A stretch of DNA of 64,000 bases from Gemmatimonadota bacterium. GTDB taxonomy: Bacteria > Gemmatimonadota > Gemmatimonadetes > Gemmatimonadales > GWC2-71-9. Positions 9,464-19,754 of the stretch are shown in pieces. The first letter of the stretch is position 1. Every line of letters starts with the position of its first letter. The stretch is taken from assembly GCA_039586365.1 (NCBI GenBank), contig JBDHKN010000026.1, positions 1 to 64,000 of the forward strand, in the 5' to 3' direction. The translations under genes and the position numbers were made by a program. The notes under the pieces were generated by a model. The model was not told the DNA's origin. It saw only the letters and a program-made list of their open reading frames with translations, and made no database searches.

Positions 9464-11935
9464 ATGAACGGGTACAACTTCACCGATAGGGTAAGAAAAG
9501 TCCTGCAGATGGCGCGGGAGGAAGCTGCGCGTCTCCACCATGAGTATGTGGGCACCGAGCATATACTGCTCGGCCTGATCCGGGAAGGGGAGGGGGTTGC
9601 GGCTGCAGTGCTCACCAACCTCAACGTGGACCTCGACGAGATCCAGCAGCGCATCGAGGAGACCGTGAAGAAGGGGAAGGCCCCGGCACCCGAAGGTCCA
9701 GACCTACCCTACACGTCGCGCGCCAAGAAGGTATTGGAGCTTGCAATGAGTGAAGCCCGCGAGCTGAACCACTCCTACGTTGGCACAGAGCACCTGCTGT
9801 TGGGCTTACTCCGTGAGGAGAAAGGAATCGCTGCGCAAGTGCTGAACGACTCCGGGGTGAGCCTGGAACAGGCCAGAGCGGAGACGTTGCGGCTGCTTGG
9901 TAGTGATTTGCCGACGCCGGTAAAGGGGGAGCAGGGAGCCGCTCCACCGCGTCCTGAGAAGAAGTCCAAGACACCTGCACTGGATCATTTCTGCCGCGAC
10001 CTCACTTCACTGGCTGGCGAGGGTCAGTTGGACCCCACGATCGGCCGTGTGAAGGAAATCGAGCGAGTTATTGAAGTGCTGTCGCGCCGCAAGAAGAACA
10101 ACCCGGTTCTGATAGGGGAAGCTGGCGTAGGCAAGACGGCAATCGTCGAAGGACTGGCCCAGCTCATTGCTGCAGGGAATGCTCCTGAATCATTGAGAAA
10201 TCACAGGGTCCTCGCGCTCGATATGGCTGCGGTGATTGCCGGCACGAAGTACCGGGGACAGTTCGAAGAACGGCTCAAGGCGGTTATGAACGAGATAGCA
10301 CAGAACAAGAATGTGGTCTTGTTCATTGACGAGTTGCACACGTTGGTTGGGGCCGGTGCGGCGGAAGGCGCTATCGACGCGTCGAATATGCTGAAACCCG
10401 CCTTGGCCCGTGGGGAGCTGCAGTGTGTGGGAGCGTCGACGCTCAACGAGTACCGTAAGTACATCGAGAAAGACGGAGCACTGGAACGCCGGTTCCAGAC
10501 TGTAATCGTCGAGGCCCCCACGATTGACGAGACCTTCGAGATCCTCAAGGGGCTGAGACAACGCTACGAGGACCATCACAAGGTCTCGATACCAGATGCC
10601 ACACTTCAGGTAGCAGGGCGACTCGCCGAACGCTACATCACCGACCGATTCCTGCCGGACAAGGCCATCGATGTCATAGATGAAGCGGCAGCTCGGGCGC
10701 GGCTTGCTGCGCAGGTGCCGCCACCGGAAGTGGCCGAGTTGAAGGAGAGATTGGAGGTTATCAGTCACGAGAAAGAGGAAGCCGTGCGCGATCAGAACTT
10801 CGAGAGCGCGGCTGCACTGCGTGACCGGGAGCGAGAGCTGCAATCGGAGATTCGGCAGCGCCAGGAAGAATGGGAGAGGGAGCGGCAGACTCATCGGCCT
10901 ACGATCGGAGAGGATGAGGTAGCGTTCATCGTTTCCCGTTGGACAGGCATTCCGGTGACTCGTCTCCAAGAAGCCGAGACTCATCGGCTGCTACGAATGG
11001 AAGAGGAGATACACAAGCACGTGGTGGGCCAGGACCAGGCGATCGAGGCGATTTCGCGGGCGATCCGCAGGTCACGGGCCGGGCTCAAAGATCCTCATCG
11101 GCCCATTGGCACATTCATATTCAGCGGACCCACCGGTGTCGGCAAGACAGAACTGGCCCGCGCGCTGGCGCGCTTCCTATTTGCGGACGATCAGGCACTC
11201 ATCCGCGTCGACATGTCGGAGTACATGGAGAAGTTCAGCGTGAGTCGGCTGATCGGTGCTCCCCCGGGGTACGTCGGCTACGAGGATTCAGGGGCGCTGA
11301 CCAAGGCTGTGCGCCGCAAGCCGTATTCCGTCGTCCTCCTCGACGAGATCGAGAAGGCCCACCCGGATGTATTCAATATTCTCCTGCAGGTGTTGGACGA
11401 GGGGCACCTGACCGACAACTATGGCCGAGTGATCGACTTCAAGAACACGGTAGTGATAATGACGTCCAACGTCGGAGCTCGTGACATCACCAAGGGCAAG
11501 TCCTTAGGGTTCGCTCAGGAAGACAGCCATGTCAGCTTCGAGAGAATGTCGGAAAAGGTGCGTGACGAGATCGACCGTGTCTTCAATCCTGAGTTCTTGA
11601 ACCGTCTGGACGACGTAATCGTCTTCCATGCACTGACTCGAGAGCACATCGCGGAAATCGTTGGCATCCTGTTCAGGCAACTCGATGAGAGGCTGTCAGA
11701 CGAAGGCATCTCCTTGAGCAGGACAGAGGCGGCCACGCAGTTCCTGGTGGACCATGGCTACGACCAGGATTACGGAGCTAGGCCGCTGAAGCGAGCAATC
11801 CAGCGGTTCATCGAAGACCCGCTCTCGGACAAGATCCTCATGGGTGAGTTCTCACCGGGGGACGAGGTACAAGTGGACGCAGATCCCGAGGGTGAGAAAC
11901 TCATGTTCCGAGCGTTGTCGCGCAGCAAGGCTTAG
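9464..11935 (+). CDS. clpC: ATP-dependent Clp protease ATP-binding subunit ClpC
   Basis: Two Clp_N repeats, two AAA+ modules ([16 protein letters not shown]), UVR-type M domain, LGF ClpP-binding loop. Confidence 0.95.
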   Translation: MNGYNFTDRVRKVLQMAREEAARLHHEYVGTEHILLGLIREGEGVAAAVLTNLNVDLDEIQQRIEETVKKGKAPAPEGPDLPYTSRAKKVLELAMSEARELNHSYVGTEHLLLGLLREEKGIAAQVLNDSGVSLEQARAETLRLLGSDLPTPVKGEQGAAPPRPEKKSKTPALDHFCRDLTSLAGEGQLDPTIGRVKEIERVIEVLSRRKKNNPVLIGEAGVGKTAIVEGLAQLIAAGNAPESLRNHRVLALDMAAVIAGTKYRGQFEERLKAVMNEIAQNKNVVLFIDELHTLVGAGAAEGAIDASNMLKPALARGELQCVGASTLNEYRKYIEKDGALERRFQTVIVEAPTIDETFEILKGLRQRYEDHHKVSIPDATLQVAGRLAERYITDRFLPDKAIDVIDEAAARARLAAQVPPPEVAELKERLEVISHEKEEAVRDQNFESAAALRDRERELQSEIRQRQEEWERERQTHRPTIGEDEVAFIVSRWTGIPVTRLQEAETHRLLRMEEEIHKHVVGQDQAIEAISRAIRRSRAGLKDPHRPIGTFIFSGPTGVGKTELARALARFLFADDQALIRVDMSEYMEKFSVSRLIGAPPGYVGYEDSGALTKAVRRKPYSVVLLDEIEKAHPDVFNILLQVLDEGHLTDNYGRVIDFKNTVVIMTSNVGARDITKGKSLGFAQEDSHVSFERMSEKVRDEIDRVFNPEFLNRLDDVIVFHALTREHIAEIVGILFRQLDERLSDEGISLSRTEAATQFLVDHGYDQDYGARPLKRAIQRFIEDPLSDKILMGEFSPGDEVQVDADPEGEKLMFRALSRSKA

Positions 11936-11936
11936 C

Positions 11937-14333
11937 ATGAAGGCAGTCGTCTTCGCCGCTTTGGTCACGTTGACAGGTTCGCAAGCTATGGCGGCTCAGC
12001 AGCAGCCGCAGCAGCGGGCTTGTGGCACCGTGGACAGTGTGGCTGTGACGGGCACGCAACGGCTCACGCCAACCACGGTAATCTCACGGGCTGGAATCCC
12101 GATCGGTGATCAAGTCTGCCCGCGCGACGTGCAGCGTGCGATCCAGCTGCTATATGAGACGGGCCAGATATCCGACATCCAGGTCTTTCAGACCCGCCAG
12201 AACAACCTGCAAGTATTGATTCTGGAGATCACCGAGAGACCAATGCTTGGTAGGTGGACGGTGGAGGGTGCGGCGGAGGTGAGTGAGCGCAGGGTCCGCG
12301 GTCGCGTCCAGCTCCTCGAGGGGCGCCCCTACGACCCAGCCGCCGCGGCTCGCTCCCGAGCGAGCATCGACTCGCTGTACCGCCAGCAGGGCTTCTACTT
12401 GACTGACGTGCGGCTCAGGGAAACCACCGAAGACGACGGCAGTGTCACGGTAGCCTTCGATATCCGGGAGGGGCAGCGCGTCGCAATCAGTAGAATCGTT
12501 GTCGAGGACAACGACCAGTTCGACGATGGCGAGGTGGTCCATCACATGAAGTCCGGAGCCGAGGGATTCTGGTGGTGGAAGAAGGGAGAGTACAACGAGG
12601 AGGAACTGGAGCGCGATATCAGAGAGCGGCTACCTGATTTCTACGGCTCCCGCGGCTACGTGGATTTCCAGGTGTTGGCCGACACGCTGGTCATGCATGA
12701 GGAATCGGGCAAGGGGACTCTGACGTTGCGGTTGACTGAAGGACAGCAGCACGAGGTCGGCAGCTTTGAAATTGTCGGCAACCGGTTCTTCACCAACGAG
12801 CAACTCGAACTACTGTATCCGTTCGGCGTCAGGACGACAGGCTTTCTGGGGTTAGGCGGCACACGTACGGGTCGCGCGACATTCGACGCGTCTGAGTGGG
12901 AGGAGGCCACTGGGGAGGTAGGTCAGGCGTACGCTAACGAAGGCTACATCTATGCCAGGGTGATACCTTCTGTCACCAAGCGGGTGACAGATGACGGCGA
13001 GAACCTGGTTGATCTCAGGTGGCAAATAGTCGAGGGCTCACCGGCCATCGTCAATCGGGTCGTCATCCGGGGCAACAGTGTGACTCACGAAGACGTGATC
13101 CGCCGAGCCATCCACGTGGTTCCCGGAGACGTCTTCCGTCAGGATGCTTTGATCGCATCATATCAGAACATATCCAACCTGGGGTTCTTCGAACAGCCGC
13201 TGCCGCCCCCAATCACCGAACAAGCGAACCAGCAAGGTGACATCGACATCATTTTCGTGGTCGAGGAACGCCACACCGGCAACGTGAACTTCGGTGCGTC
13301 GGTAGGGCAGGGTGTGGGTGTGGGTGGTTTCATCGGTTTGGACGAACCCAATCTGTTCGGCCGGGGTAAACGGGTCCAGTTCCAATGGCAGTTCGGCCAG
13401 AACATCAATGATCTCAACATCACCTACAGCGATCCGGCCCTGCGGGGCAGCCTGATCTCCGGCACGCTGACGCTGCACAACTCGCGGTTGCGCTACACCG
13501 TGGCAGATCTCGGCCGGATCACAACTCGCGGTGCGAAGATCCAATTCGGGTTTCCGGTTTTGGGATCGCGCTACACCAGACTGCTTGCCTCATATGCGAT
13601 TGAGCAGAGCCAGTACGACTCTCCGACTCTGTCTTCGCGCTACCTGTGCGATAACTGTGCACTCTCGTCGGTCGGACTCACGTTGGTGCGCGACACCCGT
13701 ATCGGCCTGCCGTTTGCCACCGGTGGGACCATGCATCAGGCTGCTTTCTCCTGGAACGGCAGAATTCTCGGGGGCAGCGGTAACTTTCGCAGGGCAAATC
13801 TGGAAGGGCGCTGGTATGCACTGCTCGGCCAACTGGGAAACCCCGCCGAATTGGGAGCCGGCGGTCCGCAGTTCGTGTTCGGTCTCACTGCCAAAGCCGG
13901 TTTCGTATGGGGCGACGTGGGGCCCCACTTCCGGCAGCTCTTTTCCATGGGTGGCAATCAGTTCGGTATACCGCTGCGGGGTTACGACGAGTTCTCGATC
14001 ACTCCCGCGGGTTTCGATCCCTCAGCGTCGGGTTTCAGAGCCAACACCGTAGATGCGTTTGGAGCCGCCTACCATGCGACCACCGTTGAGGTCGGGCTCC
14101 GGCTGAGCCAGGCCCTCTATTTGAATACCTTCTTCGATGCTGGGAACGTTTGGGAATCGCCCGGTGAATACAATCCGACTCGAGTGTTCCGCGGTGCCGG
14201 AATCGGGCTGAGTCTCTTGTCTCCGCTCGGACCGATAGGACTCGATTACGCCTACGGGTTTGACCGGGTCGACCGGTTCGGAAACAGTAATCCGGGATGG
14301 AAGTTCCACTTCAAGTTGGGGAACTTCTTCTAG
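11937..14333 (+). CDS. bamA: Outer membrane protein assembly factor BamA
   Basis: Signal peptide from ATG 11937, POTRA repeats, LRGY motif, SPLGPIGLDYAYG, terminal Phe. Confidence 0.94.
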   Translation: MKAVVFAALVTLTGSQAMAAQQQPQQRACGTVDSVAVTGTQRLTPTTVISRAGIPIGDQVCPRDVQRAIQLLYETGQISDIQVFQTRQNNLQVLILEITERPMLGRWTVEGAAEVSERRVRGRVQLLEGRPYDPAAAARSRASIDSLYRQQGFYLTDVRLRETTEDDGSVTVAFDIREGQRVAISRIVVEDNDQFDDGEVVHHMKSGAEGFWWWKKGEYNEEELERDIRERLPDFYGSRGYVDFQVLADTLVMHEESGKGTLTLRLTEGQQHEVGSFEIVGNRFFTNEQLELLYPFGVRTTGFLGLGGTRTGRATFDASEWEEATGEVGQAYANEGYIYARVIPSVTKRVTDDGENLVDLRWQIVEGSPAIVNRVVIRGNSVTHEDVIRRAIHVVPGDVFRQDALIASYQNISNLGFFEQPLPPPITEQANQQGDIDIIFVVEERHTGNVNFGASVGQGVGVGGFIGLDEPNLFGRGKRVQFQWQFGQNINDLNITYSDPALRGSLISGTLTLHNSRLRYTVADLGRITTRGAKIQFGFPVLGSRYTRLLASYAIEQSQYDSPTLSSRYLCDNCALSSVGLTLVRDTRIGLPFATGGTMHQAAFSWNGRILGGSGNFRRANLEGRWYALLGQLGNPAELGAGGPQFVFGLTAKAGFVWGDVGPHFRQLFSMGGNQFGIPLRGYDEFSITPAGFDPSASGFRANTVDAFGAAYHATTVEVGLRLSQALYLNTFFDAGNVWESPGEYNPTRVFRGAGIGLSLLSPLGPIGLDYAYGFDRVDRFGNSNPGWKFHFKLGNFF

Positions 14334-14373
14334 TTCATTGCCATAGAATCTATTAGGGATATGGACACTACAC

Positions 14374-14943
14374 ATGCACTTGGAGCGTAACATGGCCCGT
14401 TGGGCAATAGCTGCAGCAGCTGTTCTGGTGGTCGCAGGGATCGGTGCCGTTCCGGCGACGAAGCGTGATGCTTCGTCACAGACCGGATCTGCGATTGGGT
14501 TCGTCAACTCAGACGTCATCCTGCGACAGACGCCCGGGTACGACACTGCGGATTCGACGCTAAGGGCAAACATGCAGGCATATCAAGGGGAGTTGGAGGC
14601 GCTGCGACAGCAACTCGACTCCGCCATGACTGCCTACGACCAACAGCAGATCGTGTTGAGCCCCACGGCGCGCGAGGAGAAGATGGGGGAATTGCGGCAG
14701 ATCCAGGAGCGGTTCAACTCCAGAGGCCAAGAGCTGCAAACGAGGTTGGCCGAACGTGAACAAGAGTTGGTGGCTCCGCTGCAGCAGCGCATTCAAACCG
14801 TGATCGACGGGCTGCGGGCCGAACGCAACATGGCCGTCATTTTCGACGTCGCCAGCCCTGCCAATGGTATCGTGTCAGCCGACCCGGCGCTGGACCTGAC
14901 TCAGGTGGTAATCACTCGGATCCGGAACGCCGGCACCCCATAG
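14374..14943 (+). CDS. skp: Skp/OmpH periplasmic chaperone
   Basis: Signal peptide, IGFVNS, long coiled coil, DLTQVVI. Lies between bamA and lpxD. Confidence 0.88.
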   Translation: MHLERNMARWAIAAAAVLVVAGIGAVPATKRDASSQTGSAIGFVNSDVILRQTPGYDTADSTLRANMQAYQGELEALRQQLDSAMTAYDQQQIVLSPTAREEKMGELRQIQERFNSRGQELQTRLAEREQELVAPLQQRIQTVIDGLRAERNMAVIFDVASPANGIVSADPALDLTQVVITRIRNAGTP

Positions 14944-14951
14944 CAGGCGCA

Positions 14952-15980
14952 GTGGAGCGGGGGTTCAAGCTCACCACGGGGCAGATTGCTGAGTTGGTGG
15001 GCGGACACCTACTCGGCAGCGACGACATACAAATCGCCGGGGTTGCATCGCTTGATCGTGCTGCTCCCGGCGATCTGTCGTTTCTTGCCTCGGCAAAGTA
15101 CATCCCGTACTTTGAGCGCACTCACGCGGGTGCGGTGCTAGTCACGCCTGAACTGCAGGGGCTGACCACCGGGCCCGCGACACGCATTGTGGTGTCTGAC
15201 ACGCACAAGTCCCTGGCTACAGTGCTGCGAGCACTCCATCCGCAGCAGTCCGTGGCTTGGGGCGTCGCACTCTCAGCCCGAATCGGGCGGGGCGCTCGTT
15301 GGTGCGGCAGGGTCTTCATTGGCCCGGGAGCCGTGTTGGGAGAAGACGTACAGCTCGGAGAGGATTGCCAGGTCGGGCCCGCAGCGGTAATCGAGAGGGG
15401 TGCGACCCTCGGACACCGGTGCCGGGTGGGCCCTCACGTAGTCGTTTGTTCCGGAGCCCAGCTGGGGAACAACGTGGTGCTCAAGAGCGGTTCCCGTGTC
15501 GGTACGCCAGGTTATGCCTTTGCTGAGTCACCCGGCGGCCACGTTCACATCCCTCATGTAGGTGGCTGTTATCTGGGAGATGACGTTGAGGTGGGTGCGA
15601 ATACGACCATTGACCGAGGGAGCCTGGGCGACACCGTGATTGGAGCGGGAACCAAGATCGACAACCTCGTTCAGATTGCACACAACGTCCGGATTGGGGA
15701 ACGCTGCCTCATAATGGCTCAGGTTGGACTCGCAGGCAGCACCATCATCGAGGACGACGTCATGCTGGCGGGCCAGGCCGGTCTGGCTGGTCACCTAACG
15801 GTGGGCCGCGGAGCCAGAGTCGCAGCACAAGCAGGAGTCATCGGTGACGTTCCGGCCGGCACCACCGTATCGGGCTACCCGGCCCGGTCGCACAGGGAAG
15901 TGCTGCGCCAGACTGCCGCTCTGCAGCGACTGAGCCAAATCGTGACCACGCTGGAACGGATGGTGGAGACACAGAGATGA
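14952..15980 (+). CDS. lpxD: UDP-3-O-acylglucosamine N-acyltransferase
   Basis: Hexapeptide repeats, GANTTIDRG and TKIDNLVQIAHN motifs. Confidence 0.95.
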   Translation: MERGFKLTTGQIAELVGGHLLGSDDIQIAGVASLDRAAPGDLSFLASAKYIPYFERTHAGAVLVTPELQGLTTGPATRIVVSDTHKSLATVLRALHPQQSVAWGVALSARIGRGARWCGRVFIGPGAVLGEDVQLGEDCQVGPAAVIERGATLGHRCRVGPHVVVCSGAQLGNNVVLKSGSRVGTPGYAFAESPGGHVHIPHVGGCYLGDDVEVGANTTIDRGSLGDTVIGAGTKIDNLVQIAHNVRIGERCLIMAQVGLAGSTIIEDDVMLAGQAGLAGHLTVGRGARVAAQAGVIGDVPAGTTVSGYPARSHREVLRQTAALQRLSQIVTTLERMVETQR

Positions 15981-17254
15981 CTGAGAAGAGACGCTCGCTG
16001 ACCGGCACCGTCTCGGTGAGTGGTGTCGGGATTCACACCGGTGCCGCAACCACCGCCACTCTTCGGCCGGCTCCCTCAGGCAGCGGGGTCGTCTTCCGAC
16101 GGGTCGATCTGCCGGACCAACCGAGCATTCCGGCCAGCGTGGACAACGTCTGCGAGGTTGATCGGCGGACATCTTTGGGCAATGACGAGATCGCGATCCA
16201 CACCGTGGAGCACGTGCTTGCCGCAGTCGTGGCTCAGCGAATAGACGATCTAATCATCGACGTCGACGGTCCCGAACTGCCGCTCCTGGACGGAAGCGCC
16301 GATCCGTTCTTCCGAGCCCTCCAAGAAGCAGGACCCACCGACGGCGACGGACAACCCACATATAGCCGCATTAGGACCCCATTCACGTTCCGTGACGGGG
16401 ATGCCAGCTACATTGTCGCGCCGAGTGACGGGTTGCGCATCACCGTGACCATCGACTGGGTTCATCCGCTGATCGGCCGACAGTCCGGGAGCTTCGATAT
16501 CTCAGCGGGCGAGTTCGCCGACTCGCTAGCACGGTCGCGGACCTTTGGATTCGCCTCCGAGATCGAGGAACTGCGGTCTAAGGGGCTCGCTCGGGGTGCA
16601 TCAGCAGAGACAGGCATAGTGTTGACCGATGGCGGATTGGCTGCCGGCGAACTGTTGTGGCCTGACGAGTTCGTGCGTCACAAGACGGTGGACCTGCTGG
16701 GAGACCTGGCGCTGTTGAACGGACGATTCAAGGGAGAGATCGTCGCCTTCAAGCCGAGTCACCGTGGTAACGTCGCTTTGGTGCAGGCGATTCGTCGGAC
16801 GGCAGGTTTCATAGTGCCGCCGGTGATGGGAATCCAAGAGATCCTGGGCGCCATTCCACACCGATACCCCATGCTCCTGGTCGATCGAATCACCGAGCTG
16901 GAGCAGGGGAAGCGGATCGTCGGGATCAAGAACGTCACAACCAACGAGCCGTTCTTCCAGGGGCACTTCCCCGAACACCCGATAATGCCCGGAGTGCTCA
17001 TCATCGAGGCAATGGGACAGGCGGGTGGCATGTTGTTGATGGGGGCGTTCGACGATCCACAGGACAAGGTGGTCTATTTCATGGCCATCGACAACGTGAA
17101 ATTCAGACGCCCCGTGATACCAGGAGACCAGATCCGCTTCGAGCTGGAGATGGTGCACTTCAGGGGAAGAAACTGCCGCATGCGGGGGGTTGGCTACGTC
17201 GACGGTGAAAGAGTGGCTGAGGCGGAGATGACAGCCCGGGTAATCGATCGTTAG
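15977..17254 (+). CDS. lpxC: Bifunctional LpxC deacetylase / FabZ dehydratase
   Basis: TVEHVLAA and RHKTVDLLGDL (LpxC) fused to IPHRYPMLLVD..FFQGHFPEHPIMPGVL (FabZ). Confidence 0.95.
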   Translation: MTEKRRSLTGTVSVSGVGIHTGAATTATLRPAPSGSGVVFRRVDLPDQPSIPASVDNVCEVDRRTSLGNDEIAIHTVEHVLAAVVAQRIDDLIIDVDGPELPLLDGSADPFFRALQEAGPTDGDGQPTYSRIRTPFTFRDGDASYIVAPSDGLRITVTIDWVHPLIGRQSGSFDISAGEFADSLARSRTFGFASEIEELRSKGLARGASAETGIVLTDGGLAAGELLWPDEFVRHKTVDLLGDLALLNGRFKGEIVAFKPSHRGNVALVQAIRRTAGFIVPPVMGIQEILGAIPHRYPMLLVDRITELEQGKRIVGIKNVTTNEPFFQGHFPEHPIMPGVLIIEAMGQAGGMLLMGAFDDPQDKVVYFMAIDNVKFRRPVIPGDQIRFELEMVHFRGRNCRMRGVGYVDGERVAEAEMTARVIDR

Positions 17255-18031
17255 ATGAGCACCGAGGTCCACCCATCGGCCATTGTGGATCCGGCAGCCG
17301 AGCTGGATACCCAAGTCGTCGTCGGGCCTTTCACAATCATCGGTCCTCGGGTCGAGGTCGGCGCGGGCACTCGGATATCCTCGCACGTCGTGATCGAACG
17401 CAACACGCGGCTGGGTGAGGGCTGTACGGTAGGTACAGGATCGGTTCTCGGGGGGGAACCGCAGGACAAGAAGTTCGCACAGGAAGAGACCTGGTTGGAG
17501 GTAGGTGACGAAACCGACATTCGAGAATACTGCACGCTCCACCGGGGAACCTCAGCCCGCGGCAAGACTTCGGTCGGTCGCGGGTGTTTCATAATGGCTT
17601 ATGTGCACATTGCTCACGACTGCGTCATCGAGGATCGGGTCGTGCTGGCGAACGCCGTACAGCTGGCGGGCCATGTTCACATCGAAGAATACGCGTCGGT
17701 CGGCGGCTTGACTCCGATACACCAGTTCGTTCGCGTTGGGACCCACGCGTTTGTGGGTGGCGGTTCGAGGCTGCCCCAGGACGTTCCTCCGTACACGAGG
17801 GCCGCCGGCAATCCATATAGGCTGTGTGGCATCAATACTATTGGGTTAACCCGGGCGGGTTTCGATCCGGAAGTTCGACTGGCCCTGAAGCACGCATATC
17901 GGCTGCTGTTCAACTCGAACCTGACCCCTACTCAAGCGGTAGACCAGCTGCGGCGAGAGAGCTCTGCCGTACCAGAGGTGATGCGGCTGGTGGATTTCGT
18001 CGCCAGCTCTGAGCGGGGGGTGTTGGTCTGA
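17255..18031 (+). CDS. lpxA: UDP-N-acetylglucosamine acyltransferase
   Basis: VHPSAIV, PQDKKF, IREYCTLHRGT and HIAHDC motifs. Confidence 0.96.
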   Translation: MSTEVHPSAIVDPAAELDTQVVVGPFTIIGPRVEVGAGTRISSHVVIERNTRLGEGCTVGTGSVLGGEPQDKKFAQEETWLEVGDETDIREYCTLHRGTSARGKTSVGRGCFIMAYVHIAHDCVIEDRVVLANAVQLAGHVHIEEYASVGGLTPIHQFVRVGTHAFVGGGSRLPQDVPPYTRAAGNPYRLCGINTIGLTRAGFDPEVRLALKHAYRLLFNSNLTPTQAVDQLRRESSAVPEVMRLVDFVASSERGVLV

Positions 18032-19134
18032 TCCGCGTCTTCGTCTCGGCTGCCGAAACATCCGCCGATGCCCACACCGCCAGTGTGGTCAGTGCGCTGC
18101 GTGAACTACATCCCAGGATAGAGATCGAAGGACTGGGTGGTCCCAGAATGGCCGAGGCGGGGGTCAAGATCCTCGAGCGAGCGGAGAGCTTGGCCGCGAT
18201 GGGCCTCGCCGAAATAGTGGGTTCGATTCCTGTGCACGTGCGGCTGCTGCTGCGGTTGCGGCGGCTCTTCCGCTCCGGACGATACCAGTTGGTGATTCTG
18301 GTGGACTACCCCGGATTTCATCTCAAAGTGGCGGCAGCAGCGCGTGCCGCCGGACTGCCTGTTCTATACTATATCGCACCACAGCTTTGGGCCTGGGCCG
18401 AGTGGCGGGTGAGATCGTTACGCAAGAACGTCAGCTCGTTGGCAGTAATCCTGCCGTTCGAAGAGAGGTTCTTTGCAGCCCGGGGGATTCCTGCGGAGTT
18501 TGTGGGGCACCCCCTGCTCGATCGTTGGGCGCCACCACCCCGTATAGCTGCGCGAAGCGAGATGAGCATTGATAACGGCGCGCCGTTGCTGGCGTTGTTT
18601 CCTGGCAGCCGACCACAAGAGGTGGAACGACTCTGGCCTGCGTTCCGTGATGCCGCCAAGCGGCTGCAGCATGTGATGCCGGCGTTGCAGGTGGCGGTTG
18701 CAGCGGTCAGCGGAGCTAGGTACCCGGGCGCAGACGGGTTTGTCCTGGCGCATCGGGGTGCACAACACCTGTTCGCGGCAGCCGATGTTGGTCTCTGCAA
18801 GTCGGGTACAACAACGATGGAAGCGATGCTGGCGAACCTACCAATGGTCATCGCATACCGGATGCATCCGCTCACCCACGCCATTGCGCGTAGGGCGGTG
18901 CGGCTAACACATGTGGGACTGGTCAACCTGATCGCCGAGAGAGACGTTGTTCCGGAGTTCATCCAGGACAGCGTGACGCCCGAGATACTAGCGAATGCGC
19001 TGCAGCCGCTGCTGGACCCTGCAGGGATGGCGGCGAGACGCCAGCGTGAGGCATTCCGTGAGATTCGTGATAAGCTAGGTGTGCCCGGGGCAGGCAAGCG
19101 CGTTGCAGCGATGGCACTGCGGTTGGTTGCATGA
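18028..19134 (+). CDS. lpxB: Lipid-A-disaccharide synthase (probable CTG start at 18028; first canonical start 18085)
   Basis: VDYPGFH, YYIAPQLWAW, ILPFE, VGHPL, PGSR and SGTTT motifs. The N-terminal motif IRVFVSAAETSAD lies in frame upstream of 18085. Confidence 0.9.
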   Translation: MIRVFVSAAETSADAHTASVVSALRELHPRIEIEGLGGPRMAEAGVKILERAESLAAMGLAEIVGSIPVHVRLLLRLRRLFRSGRYQLVILVDYPGFHLKVAAAARAAGLPVLYYIAPQLWAWAEWRVRSLRKNVSSLAVILPFEERFFAARGIPAEFVGHPLLDRWAPPPRIAARSEMSIDNGAPLLALFPGSRPQEVERLWPAFRDAAKRLQHVMPALQVAVAAVSGARYPGADGFVLAHRGAQHLFAAADVGLCKSGTTTMEAMLANLPMVIAYRMHPLTHAIARRAVRLTHVGLVNLIAERDVVPEFIQDSVTPEILANALQPLLDPAGMAARRQREAFREIRDKLGVPGAGKRVAAMALRLVA

Positions 19135-19754
19135 TCCAGCTCCTGTTGTCTCGGCTAGCTCATGCAGCTGCCTGGACCCTCGCCCGCACCTGGCGTCTGG
19201 AAGTGATCGGAGCCGGCCGCGTGAACGAACTTCGGGGACGTGGTATCCCCGTGGTTTTCGCCGTGTGGCACGGTAACATGCTCCCCCCGCTGTGGCACCG
19301 CAGAGACGAAGGGATTACCCTCTTGGTCAGCGATCATACTGATGCGGGACATCTGGCCAGGGCGGCGCTACGGTGGGGGTATCGCGTGGCACGTGGCTCT
19401 ACCACACGCGGAGCAGTGCGCGGCCTCCGTGCCGTAGTGAAGACACTTGCCGCCGGCGGTGATGTAGCTTTCACTCCGGACGGTCCCAGGGGTCCGGCAA
19501 GAAGGGCGAAGCCGGGAGCGTTGGGTGCAGCCCGGTTGGCCGGTGCAGCAGTCGTGCCCATCGGAGTTGCAGCATCATCTGAATGGCGACTACGCTCCTG
19601 GGATCGATTCACCATACCGCGTCCTTTCTCACGCGTTCGGGTTGTGTATGGGAGCCCGATCAGGCAGAGGGGAGGCCAGCGGAACAGTGGAGCGGAGCAA
19701 GACGTGCTGGCATACCGACTGGACGTGACTCAGCGGGAGGCAGAGTGCCCGTAG
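19131..19754 (+). CDS. DUF374 lysophospholipid acyltransferase family protein (LpxJ-like)
   Basis: FAVWHG, RGSTTRG and FTPDGPRGP motifs. Coupled between lpxB and lpxK. Confidence 0.8.
   Translation: MIQLLLSRLAHAAAWTLARTWRLEVIGAGRVNELRGRGIPVVFAVWHGNMLPPLWHRRDEGITLLVSDHTDAGHLARAALRWGYRVARGSTTRGAVRGLRAVVKTLAAGGDVAFTPDGPRGPARRAKPGALGAARLAGAAVVPIGVAASSEWRLRSWDRFTIPRPFSRVRVVYGSPIRQRGGQRNSGAEQDVLAYRLDVTQREAECP

Noticed and set aside
15977..17254. LpxC-FabZ fusion as a novelty
   Set aside because: Already well known in Bacteroidota and related lineages; useful only as a taxonomic hint.
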